A stretch of DNA of 41,536 bases from Candidatus Lloydbacteria bacterium RIFCSPLOWO2_02_FULL_54_12 (GTDB lineage: Bacteria; Patescibacteriota; Minisyncoccia; Phycocordibacterales; UBA6899). Location: contig MHLS01000002.1 in the NCBI GenBank assembly GCA_001819095.1, positions 11,517 through 53,052 on the forward strand. The letters run 5' to 3'. The notes beneath the pieces were generated by a model that saw only the letters and a program-made list of their open reading frames with translations, did not search any database and was not told the DNA's origin. The position numbers and the translations under genes are program-made. Below, piece by piece: positions 8,511 to 18,487 of the stretch. The first letter of the stretch is position 1; each line of letters starts with the position of its first letter.

Positions 8511-10502
8511 ATGAAAACATCAGTGCGTTTCAGCACGTGCGCTCTGTTTTTCTTCGCGTGTGTTGCCGGCATGACCGTTGCTACCGCAGGGACTCCTGAC
8601 ACGGGACCCTTGGTGCCATTCGTGAACGGCGTAGGCGTCTCGCAGTTACCTGTAGACGCGCTAAGGCGGGGGGAGTCTTCGACTTCTCCGGCGTACGTTC
8701 CGCCGGTCTACGATCAGCAGGAGTTCCAGTATTTCGTAGACCAAAGCGACAAAGGGAATTCCGCCAACATGCGTGCGGAACTGCGACAACTGTTGCTTGC
8801 TCCGAAGTTCGTCGTGCGTATATCGTCAGACGGGACCAACCTCGAGCCGCTCAAAAGAGCTCTTTCGGAAAAGTACAAAGCACGGGTGACGGACGTTCCG
8901 ACGGTTTTTGTGGAACAGGGCATTGCGCTTTTTGTGCTCGAATTTCCCGCCGATACGAAGCAGGAACGCTTGGTTGAGACACTGAACGCGATCGTCGCGC
9001 AGTCGGGCGGAGCGTTCGAGGTCATTCCCGTGTTCTATGTTGAAAACAGAGAAGCCATGGCTTCGGGCGTTGTCGTCACGTTCGCTGCGCCATTTTCAGG
9101 CCGCCAAGTTGAACAGATGCTCAGGAGTTACGGCGGGTTCCGCGGGCTCGAACTCAAAGGAGATGCGAGCGGACTGCGTTGGACCATTACGCCCCTCTCT
9201 CCGCGATTCACCCTCGAATCTCTCTTGAGCAAGGGTGGAAAAGCGCGCGGAGGGAAATTCGACGTACACCTGCTCACGCTTGCGAATCTGCTTGAGGCGC
9301 AAAAGCTTTTGCCGGGAGTTCCCGTCGTTAGCGCGCGTCCCATGTGGAATTTCATGGAAGAACCGCTTTCCGCGGCGCTTTCCATCGAATGGCCGGCAGA
9401 TACGATAGGCGGCACAAGAGTTCTTCGACTCACGGTTACGATCATCGACCACGAACGTGTGCGTTTCGAGCCGTCCAAGGTGACCCCATTGGGCAGTTCC
9501 GGATTCGAACTGAAGTTCGGTTCACCCGAGAACACGGTCATTCCCGGCTGGTTGAAACTTGCGGAGAACGGAAAGATTACCGAGAAGAATCAGTGGATCG
9601 TCGCCGCGCCGAAGAATGTTGTCGTGGGGGACCGTTCCTTCACGGTACATACGCTTTCGCGGCCGTTCTACCTGCTTCAACCGGAAACGGCATTTTCTTT
9701 GTCCTCTCTTCCCGTCGTGTATGAGCATTGGGATGACGTAAGCAGGCAGTGGAAGCGGAAGACCGTTTCCACCAACTCGCTCGTCGTCGGAGTACTGCCG
9801 CATCGGATGAGCAACAACGCTCTTTCCATGCCGGAGCCTCCCTCTTCGCAACTTCCAAGAATGGTGGAGATATTCATCGCACCGCCGGAGGTCACGCGAG
9901 GTGTGAACGATCACTGGTTTTCCGGATGGGCCGAACGCGCGAAAGAGCGGAATGTTTCCGTCGGTGCGATTGGGACCGTTTCGATCGCCGCCTTTGCGCT
10001 CGCGTTCATACTCCTTACGATGTCAGGATTTCTCTTCCGGCAAGAACGTCGGAGGATGGACGCCGCGAAACCGGTCGCCGTCTTGTTCATGAGCCCCGAA
10101 GAATTCAACGGGCGCATGTCGAGGGTCACGGCAACGGAGAATTCAGTCGACGGTCTGTCGCTCCAGATGGTCCTTGGCCGAAAGTTGGTCGAAGATCTGC
10201 TGGTCGCGAGGATTCCCGGCATCGATCATGGGCATGTGACGGCCTCGTCGGTCAAAGACGCGATGAGCGACTTGCACGGAGAGGATCCGCGTTTCGCAAA
10301 CGTGCTTGGGGCGGCGTTAGAGTTGCTCCGGCTCACCAATGCGATCAACGCGCCGAAAGGGTCGCTCGACACCGAGTATCTCTCTGGCGAACTCGAACAG
10401 CTACGGAGCCTCTTGCCGGCGTTTTATGCCGAGCTTGGAGCGCTTCCGCCGCGCATGAAAAAAGGAGAACAGTATGACACTCCCGTATCTGGGAACGTTT
10501 GA
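8511..10502 (+). CDS. Secreted/membrane-anchored hypothetical protein (BatD-like by position only)
   Basis: It has an N-terminal signal peptide (MKTSVRFSTCALFFFACVAGMTVATAG) and one TM helix near residue 500 (IGTVSIAAFALAFILLTMSGFLF). It is the first gene of the vWA/MoxR cluster. Confidence 0.55.
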   Translation: MKTSVRFSTCALFFFACVAGMTVATAGTPDTGPLVPFVNGVGVSQLPVDALRRGESSTSPAYVPPVYDQQEFQYFVDQSDKGNSANMRAELRQLLLAPKFVVRISSDGTNLEPLKRALSEKYKARVTDVPTVFVEQGIALFVLEFPADTKQERLVETLNAIVAQSGGAFEVIPVFYVENREAMASGVVVTFAAPFSGRQVEQMLRSYGGFRGLELKGDASGLRWTITPLSPRFTLESLLSKGGKARGGKFDVHLLTLANLLEAQKLLPGVPVVSARPMWNFMEEPLSAALSIEWPADTIGGTRVLRLTVTIIDHERVRFEPSKVTPLGSSGFELKFGSPENTVIPGWLKLAENGKITEKNQWIVAAPKNVVVGDRSFTVHTLSRPFYLLQPETAFSLSSLPVVYEHWDDVSRQWKRKTVSTNSLVVGVLPHRMSNNALSMPEPPSSQLPRMVEIFIAPPEVTRGVNDHWFSGWAERAKERNVSVGAIGTVSIAAFALAFILLTMSGFLFRQERRRMDAAKPVAVLFMSPEEFNGRMSRVTATENSVDGLSLQMVLGRKLVEDLLVARIPGIDHGHVTASSVKDAMSDLHGEDPRFANVLGAALELLRLTNAINAPKGSLDTEYLSGELEQLRSLLPAFYAELGALPPRMKKGEQYDTPVSGNV

Positions 10503-11787
10503 CGTCCTCTACCCCTGGAATCTCCTTTGGGTGATACCGGGGGTTCTTCTTCTCTTGTTTCACCGTGGCGGGTTCGTTCGCTTCGGGTCGGGGATGGGGC
10601 CGTCGCGGCTGCACTTTTTGACCCGTCTGCGTTCACTCGCTCCGTCGCTTTTGCTTTTTGTCGCTTGGGTGGCGCTTGGCTTTGGCCTTGCGGATCTGGG
10701 CGGCGGCTACACAAAGGTGACGACGGAAGAGTCCGTGAGTCGCATTGTGGTCACACAGGACCAGTCCGGTTCGATGTACACCAGCGTTGTGCCAATGCTT
10801 CAGTGCGTCCTTAAGGGCGATCTCGAGATGGTGGCGCGGTATTCCGCTTTCGACCTTTCGGGTGAGGTTCCTCCTTCGACGGGAGACAAAACAACGGATC
10901 GCGAGCTTCGGAAGGCGTGGAGTAAGAATCTTTCCATTGCCGCATTGCCGGAGCGTCCGCGTATCGAAGGGTCATGTGCGGCGCTTGAAACGCTCCTCGA
11001 TGATCTCAAAGAGCGTGCGGCACGACCGGAGGGAAGTGTGCACCACGAGGTCGCCTTTTTGCGCTTCGCGGACACATCGATCCTCCAAGAGCCGTTCACG
11101 ACCGATTACGGACATCTGCGAGACTTCCTGTCAGAGCACAACTGGTCGGCACCGGAGCATCTGCGTTCGATCGGTTCCGGAACGAGCCTCCATTTTGCGC
11201 TCTACGATATGTTTCTCGTTGCGCTTCGGAGGCACATCGATGCCGAGCCGGGTGTCACTGCAATTCCTCCCGAAGTGTCGAATGAACTCTTGGGACGAGC
11301 ACTTGCGAACTCTCGTGATAGCGGCGAGGTCGATAGTCTGGTGGCCCAGTACCCCGAACTTTTTCGAAAGCTCGGACTGGAGCTTGCGGACACGTCGCTC
11401 GTCGTCATCACCGATGCGACGGACGGAAGTTCCCGCTGGGTGCAGAGTCCGTCGGTCGAGAAGATGCTCAAGTTGGCGGGGGTGTTTCACATACCCGTCT
11501 ACATCATCTCGACGGAACAGGATGACGCCGAACTCCGTGCGGCGGTCGAATCGACGGGAACGAAAGAGCGTCCGGGCGGATACTTCGTGACGAACAAGCT
11601 CGAAGGATACGCCTCAATGAAGGACGACATGAAGACGATCCTCGACCGCGCCTTCGTGCGCAAACAGGAAAGGGTCGCAGTGGAGCGGAGAAGTCATGCC
11701 GCATGGTGTTTCGGTGCGGCGCTTGCTCTTTTGTGCCTCGCGTTCTTTCTCAAGGAAGGACCGCTGGGGAGATCACTCACCGGATGA
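10474..11787 (+). CDS. BatA-like protein: aerotolerance-regulator N-terminal TM domain + vWA domain
   Basis: N-terminal FDVLYPWNLLWVIPGVLLLLF (BatA_N-like), MIDAS DQSGSM, and a C-terminal TM helix. It overlaps the upstream gene by 29 nt. Confidence 0.7.
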   Translation: MTLPYLGTFDVLYPWNLLWVIPGVLLLLFHRGGFVRFGSGMGPSRLHFLTRLRSLAPSLLLFVAWVALGFGLADLGGGYTKVTTEESVSRIVVTQDQSGSMYTSVVPMLQCVLKGDLEMVARYSAFDLSGEVPPSTGDKTTDRELRKAWSKNLSIAALPERPRIEGSCAALETLLDDLKERAARPEGSVHHEVAFLRFADTSILQEPFTTDYGHLRDFLSEHNWSAPEHLRSIGSGTSLHFALYDMFLVALRRHIDAEPGVTAIPPEVSNELLGRALANSRDSGEVDSLVAQYPELFRKLGLELADTSLVVITDATDGSSRWVQSPSVEKMLKLAGVFHIPVYIISTEQDDAELRAAVESTGTKERPGGYFVTNKLEGYASMKDDMKTILDRAFVRKQERVAVERRSHAAWCFGAALALLCLAFFLKEGPLGRSLTG

Positions 11788-11800
11788 ACGGAGGATATCA

Positions 11801-12616
11801 ATGACTATGAAACGAAGACGCCTCGTGATGCTCGTTACCGCGGTCGCCGGAGCCCTTGTATTTGGCTTCGGCCTCGCCGTGTATACGGGACTCGCAGGCT
11901 GGGAGCATGCCGAACGCCGTCTGACGGATGAAGCGAAAGGGCGGGTCGAAGTCGAGCGGAAGAAGAATTTCTCCGCGAAAGAGGCGATAGCGAATGCGGC
12001 AAACGCGAGAACACCCGAAGCATGGGATCAAGCGATGGCCGCCATTGATGCGCTTGAGGACCGGCAGGAAAAAGCCGTCCTCAAAAGCGCGATCACACTG
12101 GAGCGTGTCGACGCGTACGGCCGTGCGCGGGATCAGTTGCTTGAGCGCGCGGTCGAACTTGCGCGGTATAACGAGAACGATCCGCGCATTCTCGAGTTCA
12201 TCGAGCGTGCGAAGCCCCTTCAGGCGGAGATCGTGAAGATGCTTGAAAATCCCGATCAGTTGGCGCGCGAGTTGCCGTCCGGAATGAGCGACGAGGAGCG
12301 GAAGGCGTGGAATGCCACATTGTGGTACCACGTCGGACACGCCAATTACTCGCAATTGTGGTTCACTCCGTCGGAGAACAAGACGGAGATCAATAAACTA
12401 ATCCAGAAGTCGCTCGGAAGCTACGCTCGGGTGTTCGCGTTCATTCCCAAAGATACGCGGACCGAGTACGCCATCGAAGCGCTCTACGAGGTGAACAAGA
12501 CCAAGAACAGGGACGGCGACGCGCAGGGGAAAGGAAAGCCGAAACGGCCTATCCTGCTCCCGCGTAACGAGCAAGCGCCGACTTCGGGGCCTGGTACGAC
12601 GGATCCGGGGATCTGA
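11801..12616 (+). CDS. Membrane-anchored helical hypothetical protein
   Basis: The ATG at 11801 is preceded by GGAGGA. An N-terminal TM helix (LVMLVTAVAGALVFGFGLAVY) is followed by a helix-rich region. It occupies the position of BatC-like proteins, but I could not see a TPR signature. Confidence 0.5.
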   Translation: MTMKRRRLVMLVTAVAGALVFGFGLAVYTGLAGWEHAERRLTDEAKGRVEVERKKNFSAKEAIANAANARTPEAWDQAMAAIDALEDRQEKAVLKSAITLERVDAYGRARDQLLERAVELARYNENDPRILEFIERAKPLQAEIVKMLENPDQLARELPSGMSDEERKAWNATLWYHVGHANYSQLWFTPSENKTEINKLIQKSLGSYARVFAFIPKDTRTEYAIEALYEVNKTKNRDGDAQGKGKPKRPILLPRNEQAPTSGPGTTDPGI

Positions 12617-12618
12617 TC

Positions 12619-13875
12619 ATGGGCTTTTGGGGATTGTCCGGCATCGAGTTTCTCGCACCCGAGAGGCTCTGGGCCATCCCCGGAGCCATTCTCTTCTTTG
12701 TAGCGGTCGGCATCTTTTCGCTCCGACGTCTCGCCGAATTGAAGCGGTCGCTCTTCGCAAAGGAATTCGTTCGGAACGAGAACGTACTCCCGCTTCGGAT
12801 GAAGGTCGTTGCTATTGTTGCGACGGCGCTTGCGGCGGTCGCTTTGGCGGTCGCGTGGGCGATGCCGGTGGCCGTCTACGAAGTTTCCACTCCGCGTTTC
12901 GGAGGCATTCGCCTCACGTATATCGCCGACGTCTCTATTTCGATGGATGCACTCGACGTCAAAGACGGCGAGAAGACCACGAGCCGCATTGCCGCAGGAA
13001 AGCGATTCCTCTTTGCGCTCGAACGTGCACTCGCCTCCGATCCGGAAATTCGCGGGAGTTATCCGCGTACCGTGATCCCGTTCGCGGGTGCGACAACGAC
13101 GTACGGCGGGTGGACGACGAGTTCGGTGTACATTCACGAACTCATCACCGTGCTTTCGACCGAAGGAATGATCGGCAAGCAAGGTTCGGATCTTGCGTTT
13201 GTACTCGAGACTTATCGGGGACTGATCGAGGAATATCCGAAGGAGAGTGCGGTGACCGACATCGCCATCGTACTTTCCGACGGCGGAAATGACCCCGGCG
13301 GATTCGTCATTGATGTCGGTGCGCTTCGGGCGTCGCTCGCCCTCCTTCGCGGAAATGCCGAGATCGTCGCCGTAGGTTTCGGCGAGGATGCGTCGTCGAC
13401 GATACCCAACCGCCGCATCGTTGAAGAAGCGGTCGTGGTCGGCGATATGATGGAGTCGGTGATGGTCCCCAACCCTCGTTTGGTCGAACGGACAGAAGGC
13501 GTGCTCCGGAAACAAAACGGCGAGCCATGGCTTTCTGCGTTCGATGAGGAAATGATGGCCGACCTTGCCGGAACACCGGAGCGATGCTTCCGCCTTGCCC
13601 CCGGCGTCTCGTCCGGATCAGTGGCGTACCGTTGCGGTCGCGTCGAGAGTATCGAGGGAATGGTGGGTGAGATCAAGAAGCTCCTGCTCAAGAAGCGTGT
13701 TCCGCTTCCTCCCTTGGTCTCCCTCCAGCGTTCGTCAATCATGCTTTGGTTCGGCGCAGTTGGCCTCTTTTTTTTGCTCACCGGACTCTTGTGCGAACGC
13801 ACCTACGGCCTTTGGCGCCGCCGCATGGCCGAGCGGCCGATGCGGGAGGTGCTCTTTCGCCGGGTCGTCGATTGA
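12619..13875 (+). CDS. BatB-like protein: BatA_N TM domain + vWA domain
   Basis: N-terminal FLAPERLWAIPGAILFFV, MIDAS DVSISM, and a C-terminal TM helix (IMLWFGAVGLFFLLTGLL). Confidence 0.7.
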   Translation: MGFWGLSGIEFLAPERLWAIPGAILFFVAVGIFSLRRLAELKRSLFAKEFVRNENVLPLRMKVVAIVATALAAVALAVAWAMPVAVYEVSTPRFGGIRLTYIADVSISMDALDVKDGEKTTSRIAAGKRFLFALERALASDPEIRGSYPRTVIPFAGATTTYGGWTTSSVYIHELITVLSTEGMIGKQGSDLAFVLETYRGLIEEYPKESAVTDIAIVLSDGGNDPGGFVIDVGALRASLALLRGNAEIVAVGFGEDASSTIPNRRIVEEAVVVGDMMESVMVPNPRLVERTEGVLRKQNGEPWLSAFDEEMMADLAGTPERCFRLAPGVSSGSVAYRCGRVESIEGMVGEIKKLLLKKRVPLPPLVSLQRSSIMLWFGAVGLFFLLTGLLCERTYGLWRRRMAERPMREVLFRRVVD

Positions 13876-13892
13876 ATCGTTTCGGTAACCTA

Positions 13893-13934
13893 CCCCATAG
13901 TGTCCCGCTTTCTCCGGGCACTATGGGGTTTTTT
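13893..13934 (+). terminator. Intrinsic terminator splitting the vWA genes from the MoxR/DUF58 genes
   Basis: Stem ccccatagtg(t)ccc / gggcactatgggg followed by T6. Confidence 0.7.
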
Positions 13935-14043
13935 CTTGCCTTAGGAATGATTGCATGGTGTTATCTTTTTTGACATCTTGTGAGATGGAGGAAACCGCTT
14001 ACAGTAAAGTAAGAAGCACATTCTCTAAAGGGAGGTAGTCATC

Positions 14044-15399
14044 ATGACCTCGCGCTATCATCGTTTCACCAAAGAGGACGCCGAGACGTTCCTTCCGAAA
14101 GATCCGGTCGTCAACAAACACACCGAAAAAACGACCCGTATTCCGCTCGATCCGAAATTTCCCGAGGCGGGTGCGTACTGCACCGAAGAGCAACTCGCGT
14201 ATACGCTTCGATATGTGTACCCGTCGATCTTCTGCTGTTCCCAGCTTCTCGTCGGTCAGAAGTCGCTCATCGCGTACACGACTGCGGGGCTTTTCGGGAC
14301 CGGTGACCGCGATCCGCACCACTTGGGTGCCGGTCACGTGCATTACGAAGGCCCTCCGGGAACGGGAAAAACCTACCTCGGCACGACGCCGCGGCGAATT
14401 TTTTCCTGCGATTTCGGCCGCATTCAGTGCGTTGCCGACACGATCCCTTCCGACATCCTGGGGTCGCGCGTCATCGATTTTGAGACGAACGACAACGCAG
14501 AGATGGCGCAGTTGGTCGGCGACGACCCGTCAGAATTCATGCGTGCGGCACGCTTCATCGCCCGCGAGATCGGGAAGGGCAATCAGCAGAAATACTATCG
14601 CCTGATCAAAGGCCCCGCGTTCTCCGACATCACGCTCTACGACGAGGCGAACCGGATGCCCGAGCGTTCGCAATCCGCGATGCTCGAGCCGATGAGTGAG
14701 GACCAGATCACGCTCTTCGGCGAGACCATTCCTGTGTCGGTGTTCGCGATATTGACGACGAACCCCCATGAAACGGGATCCGTTGTTCCGTTCGGGAAAG
14801 CGCTCCGCGACCGTCTCATGTTCTCCATCTACGCGGAAGGTTTCAAGGCGAAAGACTACGCGGAGATCCTGAAGCGCACGCAACATGCGGAAGACATCGA
14901 ACTTCCCGTCTTGGGAACGATGAAGAACGTGATCACCGCGCGACGCTATTTCCATCACAATATCGCCATTTCCGACGAGAACCGCCTCTTCATCGGCGCC
15001 ATCCTCGAGCGCATCAAAAGCCCGTGGCTTTTCCCCGGCATGATGCGCCGGTTCGCCGACGATCCGAAGACGGCGCTCCTCTACAAGTTGTTCTCGGGGC
15101 GGGAACGGGAAGGGCAGATCAGCGGTGCAGTGGAAGGACGCGGCGCAACGCACTTGGAAGGCGCGGCGCGCATGCTCGCGGTCTTCAACTACCGTACGTA
15201 CGTGACCCGGGATGACATCATCAAGGTGCTCCCTCCGGTATGCGCCCACCGCATGGATTTCGCGCCGTCCTTGCTCGCACAGTACATGTACGAGAAGAAC
15301 ATCATGTTGCGTTCCAAAGGCAATCGCGCGCTCGCGAGTGACATCATCAAAGCGGCGTCTATCGACGCCGAGCGTGCGACGGATACGGACGGGACGTAA
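14044..15399 (+). CDS. MoxR-like AAA+ ATPase with an N-terminal extension
   Basis: GGAGG RBS. Walker A is YEGPPGTGKT and Walker B is ITLYDEANR. It lies directly upstream of a DUF58 gene, as is typical for MoxR. Confidence 0.8.
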   Translation: MTSRYHRFTKEDAETFLPKDPVVNKHTEKTTRIPLDPKFPEAGAYCTEEQLAYTLRYVYPSIFCCSQLLVGQKSLIAYTTAGLFGTGDRDPHHLGAGHVHYEGPPGTGKTYLGTTPRRIFSCDFGRIQCVADTIPSDILGSRVIDFETNDNAEMAQLVGDDPSEFMRAARFIAREIGKGNQQKYYRLIKGPAFSDITLYDEANRMPERSQSAMLEPMSEDQITLFGETIPVSVFAILTTNPHETGSVVPFGKALRDRLMFSIYAEGFKAKDYAEILKRTQHAEDIELPVLGTMKNVITARRYFHHNIAISDENRLFIGAILERIKSPWLFPGMMRRFADDPKTALLYKLFSGREREGQISGAVEGRGATHLEGAARMLAVFNYRTYVTRDDIIKVLPPVCAHRMDFAPSLLAQYMYEKNIMLRSKGNRALASDIIKAASIDAERATDTDGT

Positions 15400-15401
15400 G
15401 C

Positions 15402-16292
15402 ATGGACGACGTTTACCGCGGCATTTCGGGGCCGCTCCTGTTCCAAGTGCGTGCCATTCTCGAGAATTTCCGTTTCGGGATACACGAAAGCGTGAGGAAG
15501 GGCGAGGGGATGAACTTTGCGGCAATCCGTGAATATCAGGAAGGCGAGTCGCTTCGAAGGGTCGATTGGATGCGCAGTCTCGAGCGCTCTACCGACCTCG
15601 ATGAGCTCATGATCCGCGAGTTCGAACCGGAGAAACAGATGCAGGTCGCGGTTCTCCTCGACGCGGCGCGGGGACTCCATGTTCCCGAGCGCAAGGCGAG
15701 GATGGCGGTCGCATTGCTCTGGCTTGCTCTTCTTTCCGCATTCAAGATGAGAGACACCGCACGCATCATCGTCGCTTTCGACGACGACGAGGGCGGTATC
15801 GTCTCCTCGCCCACGCTCTCCGGCGAACAGGATGCGGACGAATTCCTCCGCGCCGTTTCGGAAGGCCATGTACCGACGCATCACCCTCGTGGTGCCACTG
15901 CGCTTGAAGTGCTCGGCGGCAGTCTCCCGAACGACACGTTCCTCGTTGCGATCTCGGACTTCGAGCGGGAGGACGGATTTCTTTCCCGCATTGCGGAGAC
16001 GGTCGCGCCGTCGCGTCACAGCAGGTTACTGCTTCTTGCAATCGACGGGTGGAAGAGCGTTTCCCCAGTGTCTTCTCTCCTCTCGATAGAGGAAGGCGGC
16101 CACGGGAGGACTCGGGAGATCGATGCACGCTCCGGTGGAGAACTGGATCTCATGAAAATGAGGATCCATGAACGCCAGCAGGCAATCCTGACGAATGCGT
16201 GGAAACGCGGACATATCGCGGCACGCGTCCCCGTCTTCTCGGAGCGCCCGTTCGAAGAACTTGTGCGAAAACTGGCGATCGCCAACCTGTGA
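15402..16292 (+). CDS. DUF58 domain protein (MoxR partner)
   Basis: It carries the DUF58 signature GEGMNFAAIREYQEGESLRRVDWMRS and starts 2 nt after the MoxR-like gene. Confidence 0.8.
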   Translation: MDDVYRGISGPLLFQVRAILENFRFGIHESVRKGEGMNFAAIREYQEGESLRRVDWMRSLERSTDLDELMIREFEPEKQMQVAVLLDAARGLHVPERKARMAVALLWLALLSAFKMRDTARIIVAFDDDEGGIVSSPTLSGEQDADEFLRAVSEGHVPTHHPRGATALEVLGGSLPNDTFLVAISDFEREDGFLSRIAETVAPSRHSRLLLLAIDGWKSVSPVSSLLSIEEGGHGRTREIDARSGGELDLMKMRIHERQQAILTNAWKRGHIAARVPVFSERPFEELVRKLAIANL

Positions 16293-16315
16293 AAGGGGCG
16301 ACCGCTCAATGAACC

Positions 16316-16352
16316 AAAACCCCGCTCGTTGTTATGTGCGGGGTTTTTCTTT
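16316..16352 (+). terminator. Intrinsic terminator after the DUF58 gene
   Basis: Stem aaaaccccgc / gcggggtttt with a trailing T-run. Confidence 0.7.
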
Positions 16353-16479
16353 TCAGCAATCGACAGATATTTTTAATTGTCAATCCTCCGTTTTCGGGAA
16401 AAGACGTGTACGCTCAATGGTAGTTTGCGTACATTGAACGGCCAATACCCGAGGGGTCGGCCGGAGAGAGGAGAATAAC

Positions 16480-17739
16480 ATGTTTGACAGAGTGGTGGAC
16501 ATACTGTCGTGGCGCAAGAAGAAGGTGCCGGAAGCCGGAGCAGTGTTGACTGAAGCAGAGAAGACCGAAAGTGTCTCCCAGCCTTCTCCGGGGGTTTCGG
16601 TATCGGCACTCGGGCAGATGAGCGTTGCCGAGTTCGAGCAGGCGTTGACGCGTATCGAAGTTGCAAAAAAGGTCGTTGAAGTCCGTGAACAGCACGCAGG
16701 AATGAACCGCAACAGGGTGAAACGTCTTTTCCGCGGCATCGGCCTTGCCGCTTTGGTGGGTGCGTTGTTCGCGTTCCTTTCGCCAAGCGGGCCGAAGGAA
16801 AAGTTGCCCATCGACAAGGTCGCCGCCGCGGGCGTGCTGCTTCCTGTCGTCGGTGCGCTTCCCGGCGCCTCAAAGACGGGGCACATCGCCATCATCAAGA
16901 TCTCGGGCGGGATCGGCGGAACACTGCATGGTCCGAGCGTTGCATCGAATACACCGCTTTATCTCGATACTGCACTCAAGACCGCCGAAGAAGATCCGGA
17001 TCTTGCGGGAGTCATCATCGAGATCGACTCTCCGGGGGGCGGCGTGTCGGCAAGCGAGCAAAGCTATCGCATTGTGAAGGCGGCGAGAGAGCGCCTTGCG
17101 AAGCGGAAGGTGAAGCTCATTGCCTATACATCGGTCGGAGCATACTCGGGCGGGTATTACATCGCCATGGGTGCCGGTCAGGGGAATTTCTATGCCGATC
17201 CGGGCGCATCGGTCGCGAACATCGGCGTCATCATGACGATGTTGAACACCTCCGCGCTCGGCGAGAAGTTCGGTATCACCGAGACGATCGTCAAAAGCGG
17301 ACCGTTGAAGTCGACCGGTTCACAGTGGGAAAAACTCACTCCGGAACAGCGGACAATGCTTCAGGAGTCGATTGACGACAGTTTCAAACTTTTCCTCGAA
17401 GCCGTTTCGGAAAGTCGCGGCATCGATATGCCGACCTTGGTGCGTGAGTCACAGCTTCCGGTCGGGCGCACGAACGGCGGATGGTTCTCCGCACGGCGTG
17501 CTCTTGATAAGAAGCTGATCGACGGGATCATCCCCGTCGAGGATCTCTACAAGCTGCAGGCGAGCGCACTTCCCGACCAGCAGAAGTTCAAGAACGTCGA
17601 ATTCGTGGACTATCGTGCGCGTCTCGGCGTCTTCGAACAGTTGACGATGGAGACGGGGCGCATCAGCGGCATCTTCATGAGAAACCTGTTCTCGGAGATG
17701 ACCCACCGCGATCAACCCGTGCGTTCGGAAAGAGAGTAA
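16480..17739 (+). CDS. sppA: Signal peptide peptidase SppA (S49 family, 36K type)
   Basis: IIEIDSPGGGVSAS, GAYSGGYYIAMG and VKSGPLKS motifs, plus an N-terminal TM segment. Confidence 0.85.
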   Translation: MFDRVVDILSWRKKKVPEAGAVLTEAEKTESVSQPSPGVSVSALGQMSVAEFEQALTRIEVAKKVVEVREQHAGMNRNRVKRLFRGIGLAALVGALFAFLSPSGPKEKLPIDKVAAAGVLLPVVGALPGASKTGHIAIIKISGGIGGTLHGPSVASNTPLYLDTALKTAEEDPDLAGVIIEIDSPGGGVSASEQSYRIVKAARERLAKRKVKLIAYTSVGAYSGGYYIAMGAGQGNFYADPGASVANIGVIMTMLNTSALGEKFGITETIVKSGPLKSTGSQWEKLTPEQRTMLQESIDDSFKLFLEAVSESRGIDMPTLVRESQLPVGRTNGGWFSARRALDKKLIDGIIPVEDLYKLQASALPDQQKFKNVEFVDYRARLGVFEQLTMETGRISGIFMRNLFSEMTHRDQPVRSERE

Positions 17740-17744
17740 AGAAC

Positions 17745-17770
17745 AAAACCGCCTTTTTCAGGCGGTTTTT
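17745..17770. terminator. Bidirectional intrinsic terminator between sppA and the convergent minus-strand operon
   Basis: Stem aaaaccgcc / ggcggtttt. It is flanked by an A-run on the 5' side and a T-run on the 3' side. Confidence 0.75.
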
Positions 17771-17821
17771 GATCTCACGAGGTCATGCCACGCAATCGTC
17801 AATTAAGGCGTGGCGCCTTGC

Positions 17822-18487
17822 TTACGTGAGTTCGTCACGGTCGAGATGCGCGTGGTCGTTCCACGAGACGAGTTTCCAGTAGAGACCTTTCCCGTCGAAA
17901 CGGTCGGTGAATTCGACGTGCATGATGCCGGTGTTCGCGATGTTCTTCGCGGGAACAAAACAGTCCCAGAAGATCCGTCCGTCGAGCCGATCTCCGAGAA
18001 GGATGTGCGCGAGGAGCATCTTGAGCGTCATGCCGTGCGAGACGACGATGACGCACTCTTCCGGAAGCGCTTCAAGGAACGCCAGCGCTTGTTTCGCGCG
18101 AAGGAGAAGGTCGGTGAAGTTCTCCTCGTCGGAATGGCGCCATCCGGGAACGTGTGCGTTGGTGCTGATCTCGTGCCACACCCGCCTGACTTCCGGCTCG
18201 TCGCCGTGGCGGTTGTGGACCACCGACGGCCCGCGCCGTTCGACGAAGAGCTCCGAGTATTCGAGCGGAAGCCCCAGCGCCCCCGCGATCTCCTCTCCGG
18301 TTGCCCTTGTGCGCTTGTAAGGGCTTGCAATGATCCGCGTCGCCCCGATCTTCTTCAGACGCCCTGCAACCACTTTGGCCTGCTCTTTTCCAAGTTCGGT
18401 CAATTCCACAGAAGGGCCGAAGTGGATCTTCGTGGCGTTCGTGACGGATTCCCCGTGCCGTACGAGATAGACTTGTTTTTTTATCAT
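17822..18487 (-). CDS. Histidine phosphatase (phosphoglycerate-mutase-like) family protein
   Basis: MIKKQVYLVRHGESVTN (RHG motif) and a downstream SHG. The ATG at 18487 forms an ATGA overlap with the stop of the upstream gene. The longer ORF to 18676 lacks support. Confidence 0.8.
   Translation of the reverse strand: MIKKQVYLVRHGESVTNATKIHFGPSVELTELGKEQAKVVAGRLKKIGATRIIASPYKRTRATGEEIAGALGLPLEYSELFVERRGPSVVHNRHGDEPEVRRVWHEISTNAHVPGWRHSDEENFTDLLLRAKQALAFLEALPEECVIVVSHGMTLKMLLAHILLGDRLDGRIFWDCFVPAKNIANTGIMHVEFTDRFDGKGLYWKLVSWNDHAHLDRDELT

Noticed and set aside
12484-16019. Long minus-strand ORFs (12484-13515, 14530-15525, 15189-16019) across the vWA/MoxR/DUF58 genes
   Set aside because: These are antisense shadows of genes with clear motifs (MIDAS, Walker A/B, DUF58 signature). 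Their composition is Arg-rich and no domains are recognisable.
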